Positions 14,937 to 23,310 of a DNA stretch of 64,000 bases are shown here, one piece after another. Numbering within the stretch: position 1 is the first letter of the stretch; each line of letters starts with the position of its first letter. The notes under the pieces were generated by a model, which did no database searches, had not been told where the DNA came from, and worked only from the letters and a program-made list of their open reading frames with translations. A program made the translations under genes and the position numbers. Location: assembly GCA_002423485.1 (NCBI GenBank), contig DIWH01000017.1, positions 61,131-125,130 of the forward strand. The letters are read 5' to 3'. Source of the stretch: Candidatus Xenobium occultum. Lineage in GTDB: Bacteria > Vulcanimicrobiota > Xenobia > Xenobiales > Xenobiaceae.

Positions 14937-17465
14937 CTATTCGGACTCGCCGGTGTGGCGCCGACGCCGGCGCCGGGCGCCGCCCTCGGCGTCCGCGTCA
15001 GTGGCCGGGGGGGCGGGGCGCTCTTCGGATGGGCCGTCGTGGTGGCGCGGGGCCGGCCGGTCCTCGCTGCGAGGTCCACGGTCGGCCTGGTCGGCCCGAG
15101 GAGCGCGGTCGTCGGGGCGGGGGGCGCGGTCATCCCGACGGGGGCCACGGTCGTCCCGACGCGGTCCGCGGTCATCCCGACGGGGGCCACGGTCGTCGCG
15201 GCGCGGGCCACGATCTCCACGATCTCCACGATCTCCGAAGGGCCTGCGCGGGCGCTCTTCATCTCCGCCCTGCTCGGCGTATCCCTCGGGAGGCGTCATC
15301 TCCTCTTCGGTCCACAGGCCGCGCCGGGTCAGGTTGATCCGGCCGAGGCTGTCGATCTCCTCGACCCGGACCCGGATCTCGTCGCCCACCTTCACCACGT
15401 CATCCACCTTGCGCACGTGGTAGGGCATCAGCTTGGACACGTGCACCAGGCCCTCCCGGCCCGGGAGAATCTCGACGAAGGCGCCGAAGTCCATGATGCG
15501 CATGACCTTGCCGGCATACTCCTCGCCAGCCTCGACGTCGCGGGTCAGGTCCTCGATCATCTTGAGGGCCTTGTCCGCCGCGTTGCGATCCACGGCGGCC
15601 ACGAAGACGCGGCCGTCGTTTTCGATGTCGATCTTGGCGCCCGTCTCGGCGATGATCTTGTTGATCACCTTGCCGCCGGGTCCGATGATGTCCTTGATGC
15701 GGTCCGGAGACACGCTGACCATCTGGACCTTGGGGGCGTACTTGGACAGGTCGGTCCGGGGAGCCGGGATGACCTCCTCCATGATGTCCAGGATGTGGAA
15801 GCGCGCGTCGCGGGCCTGATCCAGGGCCTGACTGAGGATCTCCATGGTCACGCCCTTGAGTTTGATGTCCATCTGCAGGGCCGTGACGCCCTCGCGGGTG
15901 CCGGTCACTTTGAAGTCCATCTCGCCGAAGGCGTCTTCCATTCCCTGGATGTCGGTCAGCACGGTGAAGCGCTCGCCCTTCATCACCAGACCCATGGCGA
16001 TTCCGGCCACCGGGGCCCGCAGGGGCACGCCGGCGTCCATCAGGGCCAGGGTGCTGCCGCAGGTGGAGGCCATCGAGCTGGACCCGTTGGATTCCAGGAC
16101 GTCCGAGACCACGCGGATGGTGTAGGGGAAGTCATCCTCGGAGGGGATCACCGGCAGGAGCGCGCGCTCCGCCAGGGCTCCGTGGCCGATCTCGCGGCGG
16201 CCCGGGCCGCGCATGAAGCGGGCCTCACCCACGCAGAAGGGTGGGAAGTTGTAGTGGTGCATGTAGCGGCGAGCCACTTCGCCGATGATGTTGTCGAAGG
16301 ACTGCTCTTCGGAGAGGGTCCCCAGGGTGACCACCGACATCACCTGGGTCTGGCCGCGGGTGAAAAGACCTGTCCCGTGGGGCCGGGGCAGCACGCCGAC
16401 CTTGCCCCAGATGGGCCGGATCTCGTCGAAGCGACGGCCGTCCGGGCGGATGCCCTCCTCGACGATCATCGTCATCAATTCTTCTTCTTTGATCCGCTTG
16501 GCGATGGTGCCGAAGTCCTTGCCAGCGCCGGGCGCCTCGGTCAGGGCCAGCGCGGCTGCACGCTCTTCGTCGTTCAGGGTGGCGTCGGTCTGGATGGCGG
16601 CCTTCAGGGCGTCCATCTTCAGGGCGTTGAAGGCGGCCTCGCGCTCCTGCTTTTCCAGGACGCGCATGGCCTTGGCCATCCCGGCGTGCAGGTACTTGCG
16701 GATCAGCTTGTCGAGATCGGCGCTGGGGGTGTAGACCGGGTATTCGGCCTTCGGCTTGCCGCCCTGGCGCACCAGTTCCTCGATCATGTCGATGATCTCG
16801 CAGATGGCCCGGTGGGCTTCTTCGAAGGCGTTGACCAGGATCTCCTCAGAGAGCTCCTCGCAGCCGCACTCGACCATGTTCAGGTTGTGGCGCGTGCCGG
16901 CCACCACCAGGTTCATCTGGCTCTCCGCCATCTGGCTCTCGGTGGGGTTGATCAGGAATTCGCCGTCCACGTAACCCACCCGGACTCCGGCCACGGGGCC
17001 GTCGAAGGGGATGTCGGAGAGGCTCAGGGCGGCGCCGGCGCCGGTCAGGGCCAGGACGTCGGGGTTGTTCTCGCCGTCCACCGAGGTGCACAGGCCCACG
17101 ACGTGGACGTCGTTGCGGAACCCATCGGGGAAGAGGGGCCGGATGGGCCGGTCGATCAGCCGGCAGGTCAGGAGGGTCCTCTCCGGAGGACGGCCCTCGC
17201 GCTTGATCCAGCCGCCCGGGATCTTGCCGGCGGCGTACATCCTCTCCTCATAGTCCACGGTGAGTGGGAAGAAATCGATGCCCTCGCGGGGGGAGGCGTT
17301 GGCGCTGGCGGTCACCAGGACCACGGTCTCTCCGACCGTGACCACCACGGATCCGCCGGCCTGCTTGGCCACCTCGCCCGTCTCCAGGCGCATGATCTGG
17401 CCGCCGATTTCGCGCTCGACGACGTGTTTCTTCACATTCTGGAGGGCTTCAGTCAACAGGCTCAT
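14937..17465 (-). CDS. pnp: polyribonucleotide nucleotidyltransferase (PNPase) with ~130-aa Arg/Asp-rich repeat tail
   Basis: Inner ATG of ORF 14937..17645, preceded by AAGGAG. RLETGEVAKQAGGSVVV, FPLTVDYEERMYAAGKIPGG, KH and S1 domains (GKVMRIMDFGAFVEI). Tail ...GDRGDRGDRGPRRDDRGPRRDDRGPRRDDRGPRRDDRAPRPDDRAPR... Confidence 0.95.
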   Translation of the reverse strand: MSLLTEALQNVKKHVVEREIGGQIMRLETGEVAKQAGGSVVVTVGETVVLVTASANASPREGIDFFPLTVDYEERMYAAGKIPGGWIKREGRPPERTLLTCRLIDRPIRPLFPDGFRNDVHVVGLCTSVDGENNPDVLALTGAGAALSLSDIPFDGPVAGVRVGYVDGEFLINPTESQMAESQMNLVVAGTRHNLNMVECGCEELSEEILVNAFEEAHRAICEIIDMIEELVRQGGKPKAEYPVYTPSADLDKLIRKYLHAGMAKAMRVLEKQEREAAFNALKMDALKAAIQTDATLNDEERAAALALTEAPGAGKDFGTIAKRIKEEELMTMIVEEGIRPDGRRFDEIRPIWGKVGVLPRPHGTGLFTRGQTQVMSVVTLGTLSEEQSFDNIIGEVARRYMHHYNFPPFCVGEARFMRGPGRREIGHGALAERALLPVIPSEDDFPYTIRVVSDVLESNGSSSMASTCGSTLALMDAGVPLRAPVAGIAMGLVMKGERFTVLTDIQGMEDAFGEMDFKVTGTREGVTALQMDIKLKGVTMEILSQALDQARDARFHILDIMEEVIPAPRTDLSKYAPKVQMVSVSPDRIKDIIGPGGKVINKIIAETGAKIDIENDGRVFVAAVDRNAADKALKMIEDLTRDVEAGEEYAGKVMRIMDFGAFVEILPGREGLVHVSKLMPYHVRKVDDVVKVGDEIRVRVEEIDSLGRINLTRRGLWTEEEMTPPEGYAEQGGDEERPRRPFGDRGDRGDRGPRRDDRGPRRDDRGPRRDDRGPRRDDRAPRPDDRAPRADQADRGPRSEDRPAPRHHDGPSEERPAPPATDADAEGGARRRRRRHTGESE
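15127..15237. repeat. in-frame tandem repeats inside the pnp 3' end (4 x 21 nt, then 3 x 9 nt)
   Basis: cggtcatcccgacgggggcca / cggtcgtcccgacgcggtccg / cggtcatcccgacgggggcca / cggtcgtcgcggcgcgggcca, then cgatctcca x3. Encodes the DRGPRRD and GDR repeats. Confidence 0.85.
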
Positions 17466-17688
17466 CCAGTTGTTCTCCTTTGTCTTGCTTTTCTCTTTTG
17501 TGTTCAACTCTGTTCGGGTTCCGGGGCACTTGGGGGGCTCGACCCGGCCGGGGAGCCACGCGCGGGGAGATCCGTGTCCCGGATTAATGCGAGAAGGAGC
17601 GGAAGGACGGGAAGCGCGGGCTTCCCATCCCTCCACCCCGATCAACCGGCCATCCGGGTTCCCGTCTGGGCAGGTTGGTCCACCGGGA

Positions 17689-17946
17689 CTACCGGCGCAG
17701 GCCGAGGCTCTCGATCAGCTTGCGGTAGCGGGTGATTTCAGACTTCTGCAGATAGTTCAGAAGCCGGCGCCGCTGACCGACCAGCATCAGCAGGCCTCGC
17801 CGCGTGTGGTGGTCCTTCTTGTGAATCTTCACGTGCGCGGTCAGGTGGTTGATCCGCTCGCTCAGCAGGGCAACCTGCACTTCAGGAGATCCGGTGTCGG
17901 TCTCGTGAAGTTTGTACTTCGCAATGACATCTTGCTTGGGGGTCAT
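17689..17946 (-). CDS. rpsO: 30S ribosomal protein S15
   Basis: Track [51 protein letters not shown]. Conserved rpsO-pnp synteny. Confidence 0.95.
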   Translation of the reverse strand: MTPKQDVIAKYKLHETDTGSPEVQVALLSERINHLTAHVKIHKKDHHTRRGLLMLVGQRRRLLNYLQKSEITRYRKLIESLGLRR

Positions 17947-18292
17947 CGGGTTCCTCCATCGCCCCGTTCAAGGGGCTGCGCCGAGCACGAGGCCCGGCGC
18001 CATGCTTGCCTGTCGCCGCGCTCGGGGTGGGAGGACACCGCAAGCCCAGCCACAGGTCGGGGCCGATCATATCACGGGCCCTGCCCCGTGTAAACCGACA
18101 CCCGGGTCCCTGAATCCGCCACCTGGTGGGAATCCGGCGCGACGGACGCTTCTGGTCCAACTCGGGAACGCGTGGCCCGGGACCTGAGGGGCCACGAGGT
18201 GGGCATGACCCGTTCCAAGCGATCCTGATGACCGACGATCCTGGCCAAGACCCGGGCGGCGGGCATCGGACCCGAAACGTCGCACCCGAGGG

Positions 18293-20224
18293 TCAGGGAG
18301 CCTGTCGGTCTGGAGCGTGGGCGGCCGGGGGCGGGACGCCATCAGCCGCGGTGGGAAGGGACGGGGAACGTCTGGACGGACCGGGCTTCAGCAGCTCGAC
18401 TGCGGTCGATTCGCCGAAACGGAAGACCGCCACGCTCTTGAGTCCCTTCGGGAAGGCCTTCTTCTCAACCGCCCGGCGCAGCAGATCCCGGCGGGTGACG
18501 GGAACCTGAGGGGCCTGTTGGAGCAGTTCACCCCGGAGTTCATCCGGATGGCGGTAGAAGAGCAGATAGTTGGGAACCTCCCCTTGCGGAGGAGCGAGCA
18601 GGTCGTGGTCCATCTCCCAGAGCCGGAGCTCGCGACCCTGCAGCCGGGCGAAGAGCCTCAGCGCTCGGGCTTGGACGTTGGCTGTTTCGGTGGGGGAGGC
18701 CGCCGCGCAGACGACGGTCCGCCTCCCGGCATCGTTCCACGCCATGCGATCCAGCAGAGCTTCGAAGGGATAGGTCTCGGTGCGGGGAGGGCGGGGAAGC
18801 GGGGGGAGCCACGGCGGCCGCAGCATGCTGAAATGCCGCCGGTCATGCAAGGTCGGCCACTCTCCAAGTCGGTTTGTCAGGTGGCACGTGGCCTGGAGAG
18901 TGCCCACGACCACCGCCAAGGCCAGGACCGTCGCCCCGAACCTGGGGGCGCCCCGCACCGCGATCGTGCTGAGCGCCACCAGCAAGGTCAGGTTGGGCAT
19001 GAGGTAGCGGGGGTCGTGAGGAATCCAGGCGGCGAAGGTCGTGCTCAGGGCCAGGCTACCCAGCAGTTGAAGGGTCCGCGAGCGGGTCGGTCGCCAGGCC
19101 AGACCCAGGATCGGGCCCAGAAACCACCAGGGAGCCGACATGCACAGCCAGAGCGCCTGTTCGCGCAGGTTCATCCCCAGGACGTGGAGCACCTCAACAT
19201 GGACGCCGGCCTGATAGGTGACCTTGTCGAGCACCAGGTCCTGGCTGGCGGCGTAGTAGGGAACCGCCAGGGCCACCGCCAGGATCAGGGCTTCGGCCCC
19301 GTTCACCAGGGCCGATTCCGAGCCCAGGTCTCGACGCAGCCTGGCGATCTGCAGGACGGCCCCCAGGAGCGCCAGGGCCCAGACAGCCAGGAGGCCCTCG
19401 GGCTTGAGGGGGAAGCACTGAAAGGCGATCAGGCTCAAGAGCAGGGCCACCGCCAGCATTCCCAGGGCGGTCTCCGAGTCTGCCGAGCGACGAGCGCGGA
19501 AGGCCCTGGCGGCTGCAACGGTCAGTGGCACCGCCACGAAGACCAGGAAGGTCCACTTGGTCAGCATGCCCAGCCCCAAGGACACCCCCCAGGCACGAGA
19601 ATAGCGAAGGTCCTGAAAGGAGCAACTGGCCAGCAGGGTCCAGATTCCAAAGGCCACCAGGGCGGTCAGCGGAAGGTCGAGGAAGAGCGTGCGCGAGTGC
19701 TCCAGGACCACCGGAGCCGTGCAGGTCATGACCGCCGACAGCAAGCCCGCGATTCGTCCTGCCAGCAGTCGTCCCAACCCATACATGGAGATCGCCAGGA
19801 TCAGGAGGAAGGGGGCCACCCCCAGGACAGGGGCCAGCAGCGAACGCCCCAGCGCGATCCAACCCAGTTCACCCACCTGGTAGGCCAGGGGCGGGTAGTG
19901 CTCACGGTAGTTCAGGAAGCGGACGAGGGCCTTGGGCAGCAGAGGACCAGGAGCGTCCCCCAGACTCTCGTGGAACACCAAGGAGAGGAAGACGTGGGTG
20001 TTGGCGTCCGATTCGGGAGGGGCGGTGTTCTGGGCCGCCCACGCCAGGTTGGCCCAACTCGTCAGGACGACCAGACCCAGGAGCAGGATCAGGTCCACCA
20101 AGGGAGCACCGAAGATGGTGAGGCGGAAGGGGGCCTGCCCCTCGGAACTCCCGTTCAAGGCAACCTGAAGTCCAGGGGCCCGGCGGAACAGCGGAATGAC
20201 GGGAGCGGGAACATCAAGGAGCAC
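18293..20224 (-). CDS. GT39/GT83-like membrane glycosyltransferase (ArnT/PMT family), paralog 1
   Basis: Track ORF with GTG start. Multiple TM helices, YPPLAY.., MLTKWTFLVFV, and a large C-terminal soluble domain. Confidence 0.7.
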   Translation of the reverse strand: MLLDVPAPVIPLFRRAPGLQVALNGSSEGQAPFRLTIFGAPLVDLILLLGLVVLTSWANLAWAAQNTAPPESDANTHVFLSLVFHESLGDAPGPLLPKALVRFLNYREHYPPLAYQVGELGWIALGRSLLAPVLGVAPFLLILAISMYGLGRLLAGRIAGLLSAVMTCTAPVVLEHSRTLFLDLPLTALVAFGIWTLLASCSFQDLRYSRAWGVSLGLGMLTKWTFLVFVAVPLTVAAARAFRARRSADSETALGMLAVALLLSLIAFQCFPLKPEGLLAVWALALLGAVLQIARLRRDLGSESALVNGAEALILAVALAVPYYAASQDLVLDKVTYQAGVHVEVLHVLGMNLREQALWLCMSAPWWFLGPILGLAWRPTRSRTLQLLGSLALSTTFAAWIPHDPRYLMPNLTLLVALSTIAVRGAPRFGATVLALAVVVGTLQATCHLTNRLGEWPTLHDRRHFSMLRPPWLPPLPRPPRTETYPFEALLDRMAWNDAGRRTVVCAAASPTETANVQARALRLFARLQGRELRLWEMDHDLLAPPQGEVPNYLLFYRHPDELRGELLQQAPQVPVTRRDLLRRAVEKKAFPKGLKSVAVFRFGESTAVELLKPGPSRRSPSLPTAADGVPPPAAHAPDRQAP

Positions 20225-20411
20225 CCCGTTCGAGCGATTCAGTTTGGCCTCCTGCGCAGGCCTGGTGTGGAGGATCCGGTTTCGATCGTCTTGTTCAATA
20301 TCTGTTTACAATGGCAACATGTTGTTAAGGCTTCGAGGTTGTCCCGAGCGGTCTCGGCTTATAGGATGGGGGCAAGCCTCCGGCTCTCGGAGTCCGGGCG
20401 AGGAGTACGCG

Positions 20412-20768
20412 ATGAAGGATCCATTCGAACTCGGGAAACTCGAGAAGCTCGGCGCAGGCCAGGCGGCTTCGCATTCGGCTCCGCCGTCCCCGGGGGCAGG
20501 ACAGGTCTCGTCTGCAGGGTCGGCTGCCCCGAATGCCGCCCCCCAACAAGACCACGTCCAGTTGTCGGATGAAGTGGAGGGCCCGGAAGCCTCAGGCTTC
20601 GATGGGGCCGTGAACTTCGGGGCCTGGAGCGCTCAGGCACAAGCTCCTGAGGCCGGGACGACGGGGCTGCAGCCTGGTCCGGTTTTCGGCCCGGATGGGG
20701 TCTCCGGTCTGGAGCCGGGAATGCAGGCGGGAGGCGTGCACAAGGCTTCTGAGCTGCCGGGCTTCTGA
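20412..20768 (+). CDS. small acidic Pro/Ala/Gly-rich protein of unknown function
   Basis: Inner ATG of ORF 20196..20768, preceded by GGCGAGGAG. Followed by a strong hairpin terminator. The composition looks disordered. Confidence 0.4.
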   Translation: MKDPFELGKLEKLGAGQAASHSAPPSPGAGQVSSAGSAAPNAAPQQDHVQLSDEVEGPEASGFDGAVNFGAWSAQAQAPEAGTTGLQPGPVFGPDGVSGLEPGMQAGGVHKASELPGF

Positions 20769-20792
20769 CCAGGAGTCTCCAGGGCAGCGTTG

Positions 20793-20828
20793 GCACAGCC
20801 CAGGCCTCGAGCCTGGGCTGTGTTTCTT
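20793..20828 (+). terminator. rho-independent terminator
   Basis: cacagcccaggc-ctcga-gcctgggctgtg followed by tttcttt. Confidence 0.7.
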
Positions 20829-20838
20829 TCCGGAAGCC

Positions 20839-21234
20839 TCAGGGCGAACCCGCCTCACGAAGTCGCCAGACCAGGGAGTGCTCGGCCACCAGGCGGCCAT
20901 CCAGGAAGACCTGGAAGATGTAGGCTCCAGGTTCGGGGAAGACGACCTGGTTGACATCCACCTGGACGTGGGTGGACTGGGTGGTGTCGTTCAGGGTGAA
21001 GTACATCTCGGGCGACTGGTTGAGCTGCATGGTCTTCGAGGCGTTGAGCAGCTTGAGCACCTGGACGTGGAAGCCCTTCCCCTGGCTCCAGGTCGACAGG
21101 ACCGAGAAGCGTGGATAGGTGACGGGAAAGCGGTCCGCCCAGAGGTCGGTGAAAAGGCCGTAACAAGTCAGCTTGCCCTGGCTGCCGGGCACGACGGCGT
21201 CGCAGAAGTTGAGGCTGCGCAGGACGGGTTCCAA
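20839..21234 (-). CDS. small beta-rich protein of unknown function (last gene of the GroES-like/GHKL cluster)
   Basis: Track ORF. MEPVLRSLNFCDAVVPGSQGKLTCYGLFTDLWADRFPVTYPRFSVLSTWSQGKG...GAYIFQVFLDGRLVAEHSLVW. Lies 60 nt downstream of the ATPase gene. Confidence 0.65.
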   Translation of the reverse strand: MEPVLRSLNFCDAVVPGSQGKLTCYGLFTDLWADRFPVTYPRFSVLSTWSQGKGFHVQVLKLLNASKTMQLNQSPEMYFTLNDTTQSTHVQVDVNQVVFPEPGAYIFQVFLDGRLVAEHSLVWRLREAGSP

Positions 21235-21294
21235 GGCAGGGCAGGCTCCTTCCGAATGGGGACAGGGTTTTCTGCGCCTCGTGCGGGTCTCCTG

Positions 21295-22869
21295 TTACCA
21301 GTCGTCCAGGGCGGTTTCAACCAGGCGGTCTTCGCCGGTGGGCCCCCAGTCGTCTTCCAGGATCATCAGCCGGGCCAGCATCCAGGCAGCCAGTTCCGGG
21401 TCGCGTTCGGCCAGGTCGAAGTGACGGTGGACGGTCAGATGGTCGAGGTTCAGGACCAGCACCCCGGGGGTTCGGGCCAGATCCAGCCGCGTCGCGCGGG
21501 CCCGCTGCCGGAACAAGGTCCCAGGCTGGTCCTGGATCAGGAAGAGGGGCTCCTTTGGGCGGGCGGGGCGGTCCTGGAAGCTGGCGGCAATGACCTGCCT
21601 GCAGAGGGCCCCGACCTGGTTGAGTCGGTTCCGGACCCTCTCCAGCAGGCCTTCCCCGGCCTCGGAGAGGTCCGACTTCAGACGGGGGAGGATCCAGGTG
21701 GTCGAGATCCGGACCCGACGCGTCCGCCCCACCAACGAGGCGATCAGGGCTCCCCATCCCGGCGCCGCGTCGGGGCCCTTCCAGAACAGGACCGGGCCGG
21801 CACGGAGGGCCAGTTCCTCGCTGGCGGGAGAGGGGGTGTCGTCCCAGAGGATCTCCTCCAGACCCCGCGCGGCGTTGCGCAAGTCGCAGATCGACAAGGG
21901 AGGACCGTGCAGGGTCGGGAAGAGGGGCTTGGCCTCCCAGGTCCGAGAGAGCCCGGGCAGGCGAGGCACCAGGGCGCCCATCAGTTCGTCGGGCGCCGAA
22001 ACTCCCGCCTCTCCGAACAACTCGTCGCGCAACGGTCCATCCACGGCGGCGCGCAACAAGGCCATGGCCTTCTCGAAGTTCTCGTCGTGCAGGACCTGGT
22101 CGCGGGTCAGGGTGTGCTCCAGATACCGGGACTTCAGCTTGAACTGAATCCCGGGCACGATCTCCTGATGCCCTTCCGAAAGCGTCAGGCCCCGGTTGTA
22201 GAAGCCGAAGAAGGGAGCCTTCTCGGAGGTGGGGGCCAGGACGATCTCGGTCCCAGGGACCGACCAGGTCATGGAACGGGGGGCAGCCAGTCCGAAGGGC
22301 TGGTTGATTCGCGTGCCGTCGTACAGGATGTCGGCATCGCAGTGCTTGCACCAGTAGGTGACCGTCTCCAGGCCCCGCCGGCGCATCTTCTGGAATTCCT
22401 CGGCTGCGGTCGGCTTGTAGACCCGGACCGTGGTGCCGTCCACGGGCATGTCCAGGCGGATCCTTTCGAAGTGGTGGTCTGGATGGAAGACCACCCGCCA
22501 GGCCTGGCCATCGCGGCCGGTGTCCACCACCACCAGGGAAGGGTCCAGGGCGAAGACCGAGACGAAGCCGATTCCAAACTTGCCGATCTTGGTCAGGTCG
22601 CCTTCCTTGGACGAGGAGAAGAGCCGCGTCAACTGGCTGTCCAGGATCTCCTGGTCCATTCCCTCCCCGGTGTCCTCGACCGAGAAGACCGCCATCCCCC
22701 GCCCATTCCCCTCTTCATCGGTGTACTCGGTGCGGACGTCGACCCGACTGCTTCCCGCGTCCAGGGAGTTCTGGATCAGCTCGCGCAGGAAGGCGTAGGG
22801 GTCCGTGAACTGGTGGATCAGGGACTTGAGGGTTTCGCCTGCCTCGAAGAGGACGGGAAGGCTGGACAT
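21295..22869 (-). CDS. Hsp90/sacsin-like GHKL ATPase (N-domain only) with ~330-aa uncharacterised C-terminal region
   Basis: Track ORF. Bergerat-fold motifs LRELIQNSLDAG (N box), VEDTGEGM (G1) and GKFGIGFVSVF (G2). No recognisable Hsp90 middle or C-terminal domains. Confidence 0.75.
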   Translation of the reverse strand: MSSLPVLFEAGETLKSLIHQFTDPYAFLRELIQNSLDAGSSRVDVRTEYTDEEGNGRGMAVFSVEDTGEGMDQEILDSQLTRLFSSSKEGDLTKIGKFGIGFVSVFALDPSLVVVDTGRDGQAWRVVFHPDHHFERIRLDMPVDGTTVRVYKPTAAEEFQKMRRRGLETVTYWCKHCDADILYDGTRINQPFGLAAPRSMTWSVPGTEIVLAPTSEKAPFFGFYNRGLTLSEGHQEIVPGIQFKLKSRYLEHTLTRDQVLHDENFEKAMALLRAAVDGPLRDELFGEAGVSAPDELMGALVPRLPGLSRTWEAKPLFPTLHGPPLSICDLRNAARGLEEILWDDTPSPASEELALRAGPVLFWKGPDAAPGWGALIASLVGRTRRVRISTTWILPRLKSDLSEAGEGLLERVRNRLNQVGALCRQVIAASFQDRPARPKEPLFLIQDQPGTLFRQRARATRLDLARTPGVLVLNLDHLTVHRHFDLAERDPELAAWMLARLMILEDDWGPTGEDRLVETALDDW

Positions 22870-22880
22870 CGCGGTTCCGC

Positions 22881-23270
22881 TCAGTTCCCCAGGAGTCTGT
22901 CGATGTTGCTCAGGACATCGCTGGGTTCGGGACGCAGCAGGACCAGGATCGCGTTGTGAGGCACGATCAGGAGGTTCTTCCCCTGCCAGGTCACCTCGAT
23001 GGCCTGACTCCTGAGAAAGAAGGCTTCGTCTCCAGGCTCGGCTTGCAGCGGAAGATAGCGATTGGCCTGGCGAGGCTGTTTCCAGGGTTCGGCCTCGGAA
23101 TACTCGGGGTTGGGGACCAGGTAACCCGGTCCAACCTTCAGGACCCTGCCGTTGCGGACCTTGTCCTTCTCCGTGGCCGTGGCTGGCAGGATCAGCCCGG
23201 ATTGGGTCTGCTTCTCCCCCTCCAGCGGCTCGATCAGGACTCGATCTCCGACGACGATCAGCTCAGGCAT
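22881..23270 (-). CDS. GroES (Cpn10)-family protein with ~25-aa insertion
   Basis: Track ORF. VGDRVLIEPLEGEKQTQSGLILPATATEKDKVRNGRVLKVGPG matches the GroES N-half including the mobile-loop position. Insertion VPNPEYSEAEPWKQPRQANRYLPLQ. Lies 11 nt upstream of the ATPase gene. Confidence 0.7.
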   Translation of the reverse strand: MPELIVVGDRVLIEPLEGEKQTQSGLILPATATEKDKVRNGRVLKVGPGYLVPNPEYSEAEPWKQPRQANRYLPLQAEPGDEAFFLRSQAIEVTWQGKNLLIVPHNAILVLLRPEPSDVLSNIDRLLGN

Positions 23271-23310
23271 GGCGATTCCTTTCGGGACCCCGGCGGGGAC
23301 GGACCTGCTT

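Noticed and set aside
14871-17735. 954-aa + strand ORF, with similar giants at 7050..9293, 18317..20572, 20695..22959, 37184..38809, 50152..52065, 54370..56394, 56843..58570, 59007..60962 and 61403..62626
   Set aside because: Each lies antisense to a gene with clear family motifs (pnp, dinG, GT, GHKL ATPase, HK, FtsX permease, htpG, pepT, speA, S8). Their translations are G/R/A/P/H/Q-rich low-complexity strings, which is typical of stop-poor antisense frames in GC-rich DNA.
18224-18285. Hammerhead ribozyme-like core (CUGAUGA ... GAAAC)
   Set aside because: The nucleotides flanking the would-be stem II (C after CUGAUGA, C before GAAA) cannot pair. I could not draw a convincing stem I or stem III. 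The second CTGATGA copy at 53298 has no GAAA at all.
20290-20330. Sigma-54-type promoter (TGGCAAcatgtTGTT) upstream of the small acidic protein gene
   Set aside because: The -12 element is TTGT rather than TTGC, and no enhancer-binding protein gene is nearby. A single imperfect match is not enough.
20412-20768. FlgM anti-sigma-28 factor assignment (DHVQLSDEV resembles the FlgM D.V.LS motif)
   Set aside because: The assignment would rest on one short motif in a low-complexity protein. No flagellar or fliA genes are in the window. I kept it as an unknown small protein.
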